This document shows positions 28,002 through 37,885 of a DNA stretch of 64,000 nucleotides, piece by piece. This DNA comes from Gemmatimonadaceae bacterium. GTDB taxonomy: Bacteria > Gemmatimonadota > Gemmatimonadetes > Gemmatimonadales > Gemmatimonadaceae. Below the pieces are notes generated by a model. That model was not told the origin of the DNA, searched no databases, and saw nothing but the letters and a program-made list of their open reading frames with translations. The translations under genes were made by a program, and so were the position numbers. Every line of letters starts with the position of its first letter. Within the stretch, counting starts at the first letter, position 1. The DNA is taken from positions 5,219-69,218 of the forward strand of contig JBJMOT010000116.1 of assembly GCA_045803585.1 (NCBI GenBank), in the 5' to 3' direction.

Positions 28002-29486
28002 TCATCGTTTGCCGGGAGGATTGGGAGTTGGTGACGACCCGACTCTTCCAAAATCTATGAAACCCTTGCGGGGATTTGTCGAGAGCAGCTCGACTTCGAT
28101 CTCGTCGCCGACGTCGACACCCTTCTCGCCACGCATCAGTCTGCCTTCAACCGGCGGGTTGACCACCCGCACGTATGTGCCGCTCGATTTGTTGCCGGTG
28201 ACGATCGCCTTGAAGCGCTGTCCGATCCGGTCGCTGAAGAGAATGGCCGCGGCAATCTTTCGCACTTGACGCTCGACTTTTCGAGCGGCGTCCTCCTTCA
28301 GAGTGCAGTTCCGCGCGATCTGCGACAGCTCGTCGTCGGTGTAGGGCGGTGGAGCGCCCGCCAGAACCGCCTTCACCACTCTTTGGGTGACGAGATCCGC
28401 ATAACGGCGGTTCGGGGCGGTGGAGTGGGTATAGTCCTGCACCGCGAGACCGAAATGTCCGGGCTCCTCGACGCCCGGCTCGTCGAGGATGTACTCGCCC
28501 GGGCCCATCAACTTGACCACCGCCAACGAAAGATCGGGGAAGTGGTCGGGGTCAGTGGCTCTCCTCTCGAGCATGAAATCGTGAAGCGCGACCGGATCTG
28601 GTTCCGGTGGAAGAGTCTTACCGAATTCCTTTGCGAGATCGACGATCCGCTGCCACCGCTCGGGACTGCGTACGATCCTCCTGATCGAGGACACATTGTG
28701 AGACTCCAGAAACCGCGCGACTGATCCATTCGCGGCGATCATGAAATCCTCGATCATGTCGGTCGCAGTGTTCTTCTGGGTCTTCTCGATTGCCGTCACG
28801 TGCCCGTTCTCCGCCACCGCGCGGGCTTCGACGGTTTCGATTTCCAGCGCGCCGTTGTCGAGACGCGTTTTCCGCAGCACGTGAGCGATATCGGCCTGCA
28901 GCCGCAGCTGCGCTTCAAGGTCGGCTCTTTGCCCGACCTGCGGGGGAATCGCTGCGCCACTGTCCATCCAGTTTCCCACCGATGGATAAGCGAGCTGGGC
29001 CTTGTTCGTCACTAAGGCGCGATACACGTCGGCGGATCTAACCGTCCCATCGGCGCCGACAATCATATCGACCACGACGGCTTTGCGCTCGACGCTCTCG
29101 AACAGCGAGGTCGCCCCGGCCGAGAGCTCCATCGGAATCATCGGGAAGATCAACGCGCCGGTATAGACCGTCGTCGTTTGCCCGGAAGCGTGGACGTCGA
29201 TCGGCGAGCCCTTCGGCACTTCGCTGTCGACGTCGGCTATGCCAATGCACACCCGCCATTCTCCATCACCTCGCACCTCGGCGAATTCGATCTGATCGAG
29301 ATCGCGGCTGTCGTCGTTGTCTATCGAAGACCAGAGAAGGTTCCGCAGGTCCCGCAATGGCGCGCCCGAATCCGGCTGCTTCCCGACGCTTTTCAGCTGT
29401 TCCTGCACTGCGGGATCGGTGCTGGGATCAAACCCCTCATCGATCATCACCTGACGAGCGACGACGCGCAGGTCCGGTGTCAGCAC
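28002..29486 (-). CDS. RNB-domain exoribonuclease (RNase II family) with C-terminal S1-like domain
   Basis: SIDNDDSRDLDQ, IADV, IEDFMIAAN, HFGLA..DYTHSTAPNRRYADL. Start placed at GTG 29486, overlapping the upstream stop. Confidence 0.88.
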   Translation of the reverse strand: MLTPDLRVVARQVMIDEGFDPSTDPAVQEQLKSVGKQPDSGAPLRDLRNLLWSSIDNDDSRDLDQIEFAEVRGDGEWRVCIGIADVDSEVPKGSPIDVHASGQTTTVYTGALIFPMIPMELSAGATSLFESVERKAVVVDMIVGADGTVRSADVYRALVTNKAQLAYPSVGNWMDSGAAIPPQVGQRADLEAQLRLQADIAHVLRKTRLDNGALEIETVEARAVAENGHVTAIEKTQKNTATDMIEDFMIAANGSVARFLESHNVSSIRRIVRSPERWQRIVDLAKEFGKTLPPEPDPVALHDFMLERRATDPDHFPDLSLAVVKLMGPGEYILDEPGVEEPGHFGLAVQDYTHSTAPNRRYADLVTQRVVKAVLAGAPPPYTDDELSQIARNCTLKEDAARKVERQVRKIAAAILFSDRIGQRFKAIVTGNKSSGTYVRVVNPPVEGRLMRGEKGVDVGDEIEVELLSTNPRKGFIDFGRVGSSPTPNPPGKR

Positions 29487-30004
29487 TTTGGCAACGATTT
29501 CATCAACAGGTGGGCGATGTCGATTGTCAGCTGCATCGCGATAAGAGCGCCGAGCATGATGGAGAAGTCTGCCGAGCGCCACTGTCGCCGCGATGACATT
29601 CCGGCGTAGAGGACCGTTCCAACAAGGATCGTCAATCCCTCGGCAATGAAATCAGCGATCGGGTGATCGTAGAGTTGCAAGCCGATCATCGGTCCACCGG
29701 GCCAGGTTGGTTTGTAGCCGGTGATCCAGTCGAGCAACAGGTGCGAGACTACGACGCCGGCGACGACGAGCGCGCCCGTCCAGTCGCGCGTGACCGCACC
29801 ATAGACAGCGAATCCGAGCAGCGCCAGGATGAGCACCGCTGGGATCGAATGGGAGAACACCTCGTTCGGATCGAACGCGCCGAACGTGCACATCCCGGTG
29901 TCGATCCAGTCGGGAGCGTAAGTGGCGATGAGCAAAACGAGCAGACCGATGCTCGCGCGCACGCGCTTCGCGGCGAGCGCGGCGCCAACGTGACCTATGT
30001 ACAT
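29480..30004 (-). CDS. Membrane-bound metal-dependent hydrolase-like protein
   Basis: MYIGH, APDW, SHS, SHLLLD motifs with TM segments. Confidence 0.75.
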   Translation of the reverse strand: MYIGHVGAALAAKRVRASIGLLVLLIATYAPDWIDTGMCTFGAFDPNEVFSHSIPAVLILALLGFAVYGAVTRDWTGALVVAGVVVSHLLLDWITGYKPTWPGGPMIGLQLYDHPIADFIAEGLTILVGTVLYAGMSSRRQWRSADFSIMLGALIAMQLTIDIAHLLMKSLPKC

Positions 30005-30109
30005 CTACCGGCGGGATCGACGGTCGATCAACAGCGGCACCAAAGTCGCAATCAGAAGAGAGGCGATGAGTCGCGCAGCGTAGTAGAAGTGATCGGTCGA
30101 CGTTGTCAT
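30005..30109 (-). CDS. Putative 34-aa single-TM small protein
   Basis: MTTSTDHFYYAARLIASLLIATLVPLLIDRRSRR*; its TAG directly abuts the next ATG. Confidence 0.45.
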   Translation of the reverse strand: MTTSTDHFYYAARLIASLLIATLVPLLIDRRSRR

Positions 30110-30178
30110 TAACTTTTCGTAGATCCTGCTCTCCTAAGCTCTCGCTCCAAAGGCGGCGCCATCACAACGAATCGCTGA

Positions 30179-31408
30179 ATGCACGTCAAGAATCTCGAGT
30201 GCGCGTTCTGCCATCGCGAATACGAGGCCAGACGTGTCTACAACGTTTGCGCCGAATGCGGCAAGCCGCTGCTGGTGCGCTACGATCTGAAGCGCATCTC
30301 CAAGATTCTATCGCGACAGACTCTTTATGCGAGACGAGCGGATCTCTGGCGTTACCGTGAGCTGCTGCCCGTGCGCCGCGAGGAGAATATCGTCTCGCTC
30401 GGAGAAGGATGGACGCCCCTCCAGCATGTGAAGAACCTCGGCGCCGCGGTGGGAATCGCCGAGCTCTATGTAAAAGATGAATCGCTAAACCCGACCCAGA
30501 GCTTCAAGGCGCGTGGAATGTCGGTGGCGGTGTCGATGGCCAAGGAGCTTGGAATCCAGAAGCTCGCTGCGCCGTCGGCCGGGAACGCCGCGGGCGCGCT
30601 CGCCGCCTACTGTGCGCGCGCTGGAATCCCGGCGTATCTGTTCATGCCGCGCGACACTCCACGGGCGAACATCATCGAGTGTGAGGTGACCGGAGCCCAC
30701 GTCACACTGGTGGATGGGCTCATCACCGATTGCGGTGCCGAGGTAGCGCGTCGGAAGGAAGATGAAGGCTGGTTCGACGTCTCCACGTTGAAAGAGCCTT
30801 ACCGTGTCGAGGGGAAGAAGACTCTCGGCTACGAGCTCGCCGAACAGTCGGGGTGGGTTCTGCCCGACGTGATTATTTACCCGACGGGCGGGGGCACTGG
30901 ACTTGTCGGGATGTGGAAGGCGTTCGACGAGATGCAGGAGCTGGGATGGATCGGTGAGAAGAGGCCCCGCATGGTGTCGGTGCAAGCGGCGGGATGCGCA
31001 CCAATCGTTCGCGCCTATGACAAGGGTGAACGATTTGCGGAGGAGGTCACCAATGCGACGACCGTGGCTTCTGGGCTGCGCGTCCCCAAGGCAATCGGTG
31101 ACTTCCTCATTCTCGACGCCATAAAAGAGTCCGATGGAACAGCGATCACCGTCACCGACGAGGAGCTGATCGCAGGTGCGCGCGAGCTGGCGCGCAGAGA
31201 GGGGATCTTTGCCGCTCCGGAGGGCGGGGCGTGCGTGCCGGCACTCAGAAAGCTGATTGAGCGGGGCAAGGTCAAGCCCGATGAACGCGTCGTGCTGTTC
31301 AACACCGGCTCGGGCATCAAGTACCTCGACGCGTTCGATGACGAGGTGAAGGCGCGAACTCCGCGTCAGCAGAAGAAGAGCGCACTGGGGCCGGCGCTAC
31401 GCCCTTAG
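30179..31408 (+). CDS. thrC: Threonine synthase (PLP, fold type II)
   Basis: N-terminal CxxC..CxxC, SLGEGWTPL, NPTQSFKARG, SAGNA, PTGGGTG. Confidence 0.85.
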   Translation: MHVKNLECAFCHREYEARRVYNVCAECGKPLLVRYDLKRISKILSRQTLYARRADLWRYRELLPVRREENIVSLGEGWTPLQHVKNLGAAVGIAELYVKDESLNPTQSFKARGMSVAVSMAKELGIQKLAAPSAGNAAGALAAYCARAGIPAYLFMPRDTPRANIIECEVTGAHVTLVDGLITDCGAEVARRKEDEGWFDVSTLKEPYRVEGKKTLGYELAEQSGWVLPDVIIYPTGGGTGLVGMWKAFDEMQELGWIGEKRPRMVSVQAAGCAPIVRAYDKGERFAEEVTNATTVASGLRVPKAIGDFLILDAIKESDGTAITVTDEELIAGARELARREGIFAAPEGGACVPALRKLIERGKVKPDERVVLFNTGSGIKYLDAFDDEVKARTPRQQKKSALGPALRP

Positions 31409-31409
31409 G

Positions 31410-32072
31410 TCATCTCAATCCGACGAGCTTGTGTGTCTGGATGCTGAGACGCCAGCGAGGGTGTCCGAGGCAATAAGCGATCGCGAACTCTGTATTGCGC
31501 TGGATCTCGGGTCCGTCCATTGGCTGCAGAAAAAAGTGCGTGAACGCCATCTGCTCGAATTTCTCGGGCATCGCGCCGGCTTGGGGAACAACGAGCTTGA
31601 GCTCGCTGCCAGTCGTTTGGACGAGCGGCGCGCCGGCCTTTGGACTGACGCACACCCAATCGAGGGATTCAGGCGCGGGACGAGTGCCGTTCGTTTCCAC
31701 TGCGACTTCAAACCCGCGGTCGTGTAGTGCAGCGATCAGCCCCTCGTCGACCTGCAGCAGCGGCTCACCTCCGGTGCAGACGACGTATTTGCGTGGATCA
31801 TTCCCGGACTTGCTCGAAAACGGTGGACTCGCCCCGCCTCCCCAGCATCGATCTATCGCTTCCGCAAGCTCTGTCGAGGATTTGAATTTGCCGCCGTCCG
31901 GTCCAGTGCCGACGAAATCGGTGTCGCAGAACTGGCAGACAGCGCGCGACCGGTCCTCCTCTCGCCCAGACCACAGGTTGCAACCCGAGAAGCGGCAGAA
32001 AACCGCCGCACGTCCCGCCTGCGCGCCCTCGCCCTGCAACGTGTAGAAAATCTCTTTGACAGTGTAAATCAT
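31410..32072 (-). CDS. queE: 7-carboxy-7-deazaguanine synthase (radical SAM, Cx14CxxC type)
   Basis: [60 protein letters not shown]; ATG overlaps the queC stop. Confidence 0.93.
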   Translation of the reverse strand: MIYTVKEIFYTLQGEGAQAGRAAVFCRFSGCNLWSGREEDRSRAVCQFCDTDFVGTGPDGGKFKSSTELAEAIDRCWGGGASPPFSSKSGNDPRKYVVCTGGEPLLQVDEGLIAALHDRGFEVAVETNGTRPAPESLDWVCVSPKAGAPLVQTTGSELKLVVPQAGAMPEKFEQMAFTHFFLQPMDGPEIQRNTEFAIAYCLGHPRWRLSIQTHKLVGLR

Positions 32073-32809
32073 CGAGATGCCGCCTTCGCTGTGGCGTAGG
32101 GAATCGGATCCTCGACGCCCGCTTCCCTGAAGCCTTTCAATCGCAGCTGGCAGGCGTCGCACCTTCCGCAGGCTTCTCCACCAGGGGCGGGATCGTAGCA
32201 GCTGGTCGTCTGCGAGTAGTCGACGCCGAGCGATATCCCGAGGGTGATGATGGCACCTTTGGATAAGGAGATGAGCGGCGTGCGAATGAGCAATCGCGTC
32301 GTGCCCTCGACGCCGGCGCGAGTAGCGAGATTCGCCATTTTCTCGAACGCGCGGATGTACTCCGGCCTGCAATCCGGGTATCCGCTGTAGTCGAGCGCGT
32401 TCACGCCGATGAATATGTTCGACGCCCCGTTCACCTCGGCGAGAGCGACGGCATAGGAGAGAAAAATCGTGTTCCGCGCCGGCACGTAGGTGATGGGAAT
32501 CTCGTCCGCATCGGCGGCGGACGGCGTGAGATCTCGATCCTTCGGAACCGGGATGTCGGCGGTGAGGGCAGATCCGCCAAACACTGTAAGATCGATGTCG
32601 ACGATATGGTGCTCGCGCACGCCCTCGCGCTCGGCAATTCTCCGCGCCGCGTCGATCTCGATCGAATGACGCTGGCCGTATCGGAAGGTGAGGGCGTGAA
32701 CGGCAAAGCCCTCGCTCTTCGCGATCGCGAGAACGGTGGTCGAGTCGAGTCCGCCGCTCAAAAGGACGACGGCGTTCGACGTGGCGGCGGGAGAGGTTTT
32801 CTGGCTCAC
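32069..32809 (-). CDS. queC: 7-cyano-7-deazaguanine synthase
   Basis: [30 protein letters not shown]...CGRCDAC. Confidence 0.95.
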   Translation of the reverse strand: MSQKTSPAATSNAVVLLSGGLDSTTVLAIAKSEGFAVHALTFRYGQRHSIEIDAARRIAEREGVREHHIVDIDLTVFGGSALTADIPVPKDRDLTPSAADADEIPITYVPARNTIFLSYAVALAEVNGASNIFIGVNALDYSGYPDCRPEYIRAFEKMANLATRAGVEGTTRLLIRTPLISLSKGAIITLGISLGVDYSQTTSCYDPAPGGEACGRCDACQLRLKGFREAGVEDPIPYATAKAASR

Positions 32810-32948
32810 GGGTGTCCGTGAAAGCTACAACCCGGCTGGCCGTAATTGCTGCCGGCCGGCCAGGCAGTCAGATTGACTTTACAGCGCGAAACGGTGTTGG
32901 CTCGTAATGCGACGGGACGATCATCCAACGCTGAATTCCTTGGGGGGA

Positions 32949-34604
32949 ATGCACGTGAGTACTGCGAGAACGCTCTACGCGGCGGCGACGATTCTAACGA
33001 TGGGATGTGCGAGTGCGATGCAGACCGGGCCGACCGGCGGGACTGAACCGGCGATCACAGCGCGTGACCTGATGACGCGGCTGTACATCTTCGCCGACGA
33101 TTCCATGATGGGGAGGCAGTTCGGGACCGAGGGCAACCTCAAAGGCACCCAGTACATCGCCAACGAGCTGGCGAAAATGGGAGTTCAGCCGGGCGGCACT
33201 GGCGGGACCTACTTCCAGGATGTGCCGGCGTTCCGGGTCGCCCCGGTGCCAAGTGCGCAGCTGATTCTCGACGGCGCGCCGCTGGTGTTGGGAACCGACT
33301 TTATCACCAGCTTCCCCGCGTCGGGTCGTGCGATCGTCGTCGATAGCCTGCAAACCGTCTACGGTGGCGACCTTTCGGACACCTCGACGCTCATCACGCC
33401 GGCTCAGGCAGCGGGGAAGGCCGTGTTGCTGGCGACTCGCACACCGCTGCAACGGAATCCGGGTCAGATCCTGGCCCGCTACGGCGGCGCTCGCGCGATC
33501 CTCACCGTCAATGATCCCACGACCGTCCGGCCCTACGGGATCACGATGTCGACCGACACTGCGCCGGCAAGAGTGAATTTCGTGGTATCCCCGGCGACGG
33601 CCGCCCGAATCTTCGGCAGCGATCCTCTTGCTTTGCATGCCGGGACTGCTGGCCATACGCTCCGATTCTCGTCTATTGGATTCACCCGCTCGTCGGCTCC
33701 GGCACGAAACGTCATCGGCATCATCCCCGGCAGCGATCCCGCGCTTCGTGGCGAGTACGTGGCCATCGGCGCCCACAACGATCACCTCGGCATCCGTTAC
33801 GCCGGTCCGCTCGATTCGGATTCCCTGCGCGCCTATAACACCATGGCCAACAGGATTGTTGAAGCGCGGACCCATGCGACGCCTGGTACACCGGGTGGCG
33901 GACTGACGCCAGCGGAGAGAGCGTCGATTCATGTCAACGTCGACAGCCTGCATCGCATTCGGCCGGCGCGCAGAGATTCGATCTACAACGGTGCCGATGA
34001 TGACGGCTCGGGCTCGGTCGGCGTGCTTGAAATCGCGGAAGCGTTCGCCAAATCCGGAGTGAAACCGCGCCGTTCGCTGCTTTTCGTCTGGCATACCGGA
34101 GAAGAGGCGGGCCTGCTCGGCTCGCGCTACTTCACCGACAACCCGACGGTTCCGCGCGATTCGATCGTCGCGCAGCTGAACATGGACATGATTGGCCGCG
34201 GTGGTGCAGCCGATTTTGTCGGCGGTGGTCCGACCTATCTGCAGCTCGTTGGCTCGCGTCGGTTGTCGACCGAGCTGGGCGACATTGTCGAGGCGGTCAA
34301 TCGATCCGAGTCGCGGCCGATGCAATTCGACTACGCTTTCGACGCGAACGGTCATCCCGAGCGAATCTACTGCCGCAGCGATCACTACAACTATGCGCGC
34401 TACGGCATTCCGATCACGTTCTTCACGACCGGCCTGCACATGGACTATCACCAGCTAACCGACGAACCCCAGTACATCGATTACGTGCATATGCGCGACG
34501 TCGCTCAGCTCGTGCACGACATCGCGCTCGATGTCGGCAATCTCGACCACCGCGTCGTGGTCGATAAGCCCAAACCCGACCCCCGCGGCGCCTGCGTTCA
34601 GTAG
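32949..34604 (+). CDS. Exported M28 family peptidase, paralog of 1861-3636
   Basis: LYIFADDSM, GAHNDH, NGADDDGSG, GEEAGL, IYCRSDH, DEPQYIDY; LTMGC lipobox-like. Confidence 0.9.
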   Translation: MHVSTARTLYAAATILTMGCASAMQTGPTGGTEPAITARDLMTRLYIFADDSMMGRQFGTEGNLKGTQYIANELAKMGVQPGGTGGTYFQDVPAFRVAPVPSAQLILDGAPLVLGTDFITSFPASGRAIVVDSLQTVYGGDLSDTSTLITPAQAAGKAVLLATRTPLQRNPGQILARYGGARAILTVNDPTTVRPYGITMSTDTAPARVNFVVSPATAARIFGSDPLALHAGTAGHTLRFSSIGFTRSSAPARNVIGIIPGSDPALRGEYVAIGAHNDHLGIRYAGPLDSDSLRAYNTMANRIVEARTHATPGTPGGGLTPAERASIHVNVDSLHRIRPARRDSIYNGADDDGSGSVGVLEIAEAFAKSGVKPRRSLLFVWHTGEEAGLLGSRYFTDNPTVPRDSIVAQLNMDMIGRGGAADFVGGGPTYLQLVGSRRLSTELGDIVEAVNRSESRPMQFDYAFDANGHPERIYCRSDHYNYARYGIPITFFTTGLHMDYHQLTDEPQYIDYVHMRDVAQLVHDIALDVGNLDHRVVVDKPKPDPRGACVQ

Positions 34605-34653
34605 CTCTCTAGACATTCTCGCGCCGGGGTCGCTCGTTTAGGATCCCGGCGCA

Positions 34654-34715
34654 GGTCAGTCGGCCGGAGTCCCCTCCGAGCGTAGCGCCGAAGAGGATCC
34701 CCGAGTCTCCCGACC
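34654..34715 (+). repeat. Internally deleted copy of the 27040-27344 element
   Basis: GGTCAGTCGGCCGGAGTCCCCT resembles 27056-27077 and is joined to CGAGCGTAGCGCCGAAGAGGAT, identical to 27292-27313. Confidence 0.7.
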
Positions 34716-34759
34716 TCGCGATGGACTAAACACGCGCCCACTCGCAGCAAAAAAGTCGC

Positions 34760-36583
34760 TTACGCGACTTTTTTTACGAACGGCGGCTGAGGACTCGGCG
34801 GAGTGAATCGAGGATGGGGTGACTCGGCTGGGGCGACGGCCGCCGGAGGTACCTGCATCTCGGTGGTCGCCGCAATTTCGGCGGTCTTGAGCTCGCCGAC
34901 GAGATCCTTGAGCGCGTGACTGCCGTGGAACAGCTGCGTCGACGCCATGCTCATTTGCTCGCAGGCGGCGCTCTGCTCCTCCGTCGACGCGCTCACCTGC
35001 ATCGCGGCGGTAGCATGGCTCTCGGCCGTGCGGGCAACGAGTCCGAGATTGGCAGCGGCGGAATCGACAGCCCTCGCATTTTCCGTCGCGGCCGTGGTTA
35101 CCGCGGACGCGGCAGCACGGGTGCGCTCGGCGGCGGCGAGGATGGTCGAGAGCGCGCTATCGAGCTCGCGGCTCACCCGCTCGATCTCGCCCACCTGCGT
35201 GACGCCCTGTTCCATCGCCTTCGATGTAGCGGCGACACGAGTCGTTACGCTGTCGGTCATCTTCACTACGTCATCAGCGGCCGCCTGGGTCTGGTCAGCC
35301 AGCTTTCTTACTTCCCCCGCCACCACCGAGAATCCTCGGCCTGCTTCACCAGCGCGCGCCGCCTCGATCGCCGCGTTGAGCGAGAGCAAGTTCGTCTGCT
35401 CTGCAATTCGGCTGACCGATACGACGAACTTGTTGATCTCATTAGCGCTCGTATTGAGCTCCCGCACCTGACCCGCCGCCTGCTCGACAATCGTACGCAC
35501 GTCGAACAGAATTTTCAGCGCTCGGTCGATCTCGATGCGCTTCGATTCCGCTTCGGCTTCGATAGCGCTGGCGAGACCGTGCACTTCCTGCGCGCCGCCG
35601 ACGAGGTTGTCGCCGCGGGTTCTGATTCCATCGAGCGCTTCGTTGACCTGACGCAGCTGCGCCACCTGCGATTCCGCGCCGTGGGAGACCTCTTCCACCG
35701 CGTCGGCCACTTCGCCGGCGGAGGCGGAGATCTGCTTCGATGCCGACGCGAGGTCGCTGGCTGATTGCGCGACTTCGTCGGCAGTCTTGGCGGCGCCAGA
35801 TGCTATTCGAGACAACGCCATCGTGGCGTGATTCATCGCATCGGCGAGAGTGCGGAACTCGCCCGGCATATCGCCTTCGGTGCGTTGCTGAAGATCGCCG
35901 TGACTGAGTTGAATGGCGTGTTTGACCAACAGCCGTAGCGGGCGACCGACCGCGCGACCGGTGCGCGCCACGATCATCATGGCCAGCAGGGTCGCAACGA
36001 TGACGACCGCGATAAGGATCCGCGAGCGCGCCGACGCCTGTCCGCGCAGCTCGGCGGACATTCCCGCAAGCTGCTGCGCGCGGGAATGCTCGAGGCCGGT
36101 GAGCTGTTCGAGGAGGCCCGGCACCATCTTGCGAGCCCGCTGCGCCTCGGCGTGGGCTTCATCGAGGCGACCGAGATCGGTCAGTCTGTGCGACAGGGCA
36201 AAGGATGCTTCAACCCGAGCCAGCGTCGTGTCGATTGCGACAGTCCGTCTGATCTGCTCGGCCATCGCATCCTGGCCCATAGTGAAAGTCCGATGCAGCC
36301 GGTGTGCTTCCCAGCCAAGGCGACGGAAATCACCGTCGGATTTCGCGTCCTGATCGCTCAGGTACGTGTTCGCCGCCTGAATCTCCTGCGTGACGACATT
36401 CGAGAAATCGGATGCCTGCTTCGCGTCCTGCTGCGCATCGGCGAGGGTCTTGGTGACCTGATCGGCCATGGTGTTCATCGAGAACCAACCGACCGCACCG
36501 GCCGCCAGCATCAACACTATCAGGAAGGAAAAGCCAACCGTGAGAACCTGGCGAATCGTCTGGAATCTGAAGGGCGCCTTCAT
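34760..36583 (-). CDS. Methyl-accepting chemotaxis protein
   Basis: Two TMs, periplasmic domain, HAMP, and [37 protein letters not shown]. Confidence 0.95.
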   Translation of the reverse strand: MKAPFRFQTIRQVLTVGFSFLIVLMLAAGAVGWFSMNTMADQVTKTLADAQQDAKQASDFSNVVTQEIQAANTYLSDQDAKSDGDFRRLGWEAHRLHRTFTMGQDAMAEQIRRTVAIDTTLARVEASFALSHRLTDLGRLDEAHAEAQRARKMVPGLLEQLTGLEHSRAQQLAGMSAELRGQASARSRILIAVVIVATLLAMMIVARTGRAVGRPLRLLVKHAIQLSHGDLQQRTEGDMPGEFRTLADAMNHATMALSRIASGAAKTADEVAQSASDLASASKQISASAGEVADAVEEVSHGAESQVAQLRQVNEALDGIRTRGDNLVGGAQEVHGLASAIEAEAESKRIEIDRALKILFDVRTIVEQAAGQVRELNTSANEINKFVVSVSRIAEQTNLLSLNAAIEAARAGEAGRGFSVVAGEVRKLADQTQAAADDVVKMTDSVTTRVAATSKAMEQGVTQVGEIERVSRELDSALSTILAAAERTRAAASAVTTAATENARAVDSAAANLGLVARTAESHATAAMQVSASTEEQSAACEQMSMASTQLFHGSHALKDLVGELKTAEIAATTEMQVPPAAVAPAESPHPRFTPPSPQPPFVKKVA

Positions 36584-37707
36584 TTCGCCTCCGCCACCGT
36601 CAGCTCGCCCTGGTGGGCGCGGAAGACCTTGAAGCGAATGCCGACCGGATCTCCTGTGTCCTCGAAATAGGTGGGACCGGTGAGCCCGTCATACGCCGTC
36701 TCACGATTCAGCGACCGCAGATAATCTCGGATGGCGCGCCGGTCGGCTCCTTTCTCCTTCAGAGCCTGTGCGACGAGTTTGGTCGCGTCATACGCGAGGG
36801 CAGCGTGGGCGTCGGGTGGCGTATTGAATTTCCGGGTGAAAGCAGCGACAAAGGCGCGGGCCTGCGGACTCGGATCTTCCGGCGTGAACGACATGCCGAT
36901 GTAAGCGCCTTCGGCCGTCGCGGTGTCGGTGAGAATGCCTTGCCAGCCGTCACCGCCAACAAAAACGGGGTTGAATCCCTGACGCTTGGCTTCCTGCAGA
37001 ATCTTGAGGCCGGAGGCAACGCGTCCGGCAACGAAAACGATCCGCGGCTTGCGGGTCTTGAGGTAGGCTATGTAGGGCTCTGCCGTCGCCAGATCGGCGT
37101 TGATCGGATCGAGACTCAGAATGTCGCCGTGAAAGGAGCGACGGAACGAGTCGGCCAATCCGCGGCCGTAGGTGTTGTTCTCATATAGGACGGCGACGCT
37201 GGTCTGCGAGCGTTGACCGAACTTCGAGGCGAAATTTGCCAGCGCAATACCGTTGAGTGAATCGCTGGAGATAATGCGAAACACCCAACTGGAGATCCCG
37301 CTCAGGTCTGGAGATGTAGCGCTCGTCGCGATGGCCGGCATATGTCCGTCATATACGGGCGCCGCTGAGAGCATCCCGGACGAATTCACATGTCCGATAA
37401 CCGCCGAGATCGATCTCGTGGCGACGAAGTCCTGGGCAATTCTGGCGGCGACTGTACCGTCGCCCTCGTCATCCCGGCTGATCAACCGGAGCTGGTGTCC
37501 GTTGATGCCGCCCGCCTTGTCGATCTCTTCGATGGCGAGCTGAATGCCCTGCAGGTTCTGAAGACCGTAACCCTGCTTCCAGGGGCCGGCTGCTCCAACG
37601 ATGTAGGGCTCTTTGGTAGCGGCGCATCCCGTCAATGCGAGAAACACGGCCGACCACGCGGCTTTGGACAGCAACTTCCCCCTCCCCATTCCCGATCCGG
37701 ACTTCAT
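36580..37707 (-). CDS. LivJ/LivK-like (Peripla_BP_6) substrate-binding lipoprotein
   Basis: LTGC lipobox, AGGING, VIGHVNS, YGRGLA, AYDAT, GLTG. Confidence 0.9.
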   Translation of the reverse strand: MKSGSGMGRGKLLSKAAWSAVFLALTGCAATKEPYIVGAAGPWKQGYGLQNLQGIQLAIEEIDKAGGINGHQLRLISRDDEGDGTVAARIAQDFVATRSISAVIGHVNSSGMLSAAPVYDGHMPAIATSATSPDLSGISSWVFRIISSDSLNGIALANFASKFGQRSQTSVAVLYENNTYGRGLADSFRRSFHGDILSLDPINADLATAEPYIAYLKTRKPRIVFVAGRVASGLKILQEAKRQGFNPVFVGGDGWQGILTDTATAEGAYIGMSFTPEDPSPQARAFVAAFTRKFNTPPDAHAALAYDATKLVAQALKEKGADRRAIRDYLRSLNRETAYDGLTGPTYFEDTGDPVGIRFKVFRAHQGELTVAEAK

Positions 37708-37885
37708 GTCTCCGAATTGACGAGGCCGAAGCTCTACCGGTCACTGATTTCAGCTCGTTCAATCGGAGAAACACCGAACCTTCGAGCTGCTCAGATGCGA
37801 GCCGGAGGCTGGCACCCAAACTGCCTTTTAGAGGGTCGGGGCCGCCTTCGAAGGCGACGGAGCGCTGACGACTGGAGAATCGGGA

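Noticed and set aside
31410-32809. queC-queE as a deazapurine DNA-modification or defence system
   Set aside because: Both look like ordinary queuosine-pathway enzymes, with no dpdA/tgt-like, helicase or qat genes nearby. I also saw no preQ1 riboswitch upstream.
32994-34451. 485-aa antisense ORF and similar long shadow ORFs (2242-3138, 5687-6607, 43800-44978, 47233-48123, 55679-56596, 60581-61360)
   Set aside because: They overlap well-supported genes, show no recognisable motifs, and are expected from codon bias in GC-rich DNA.
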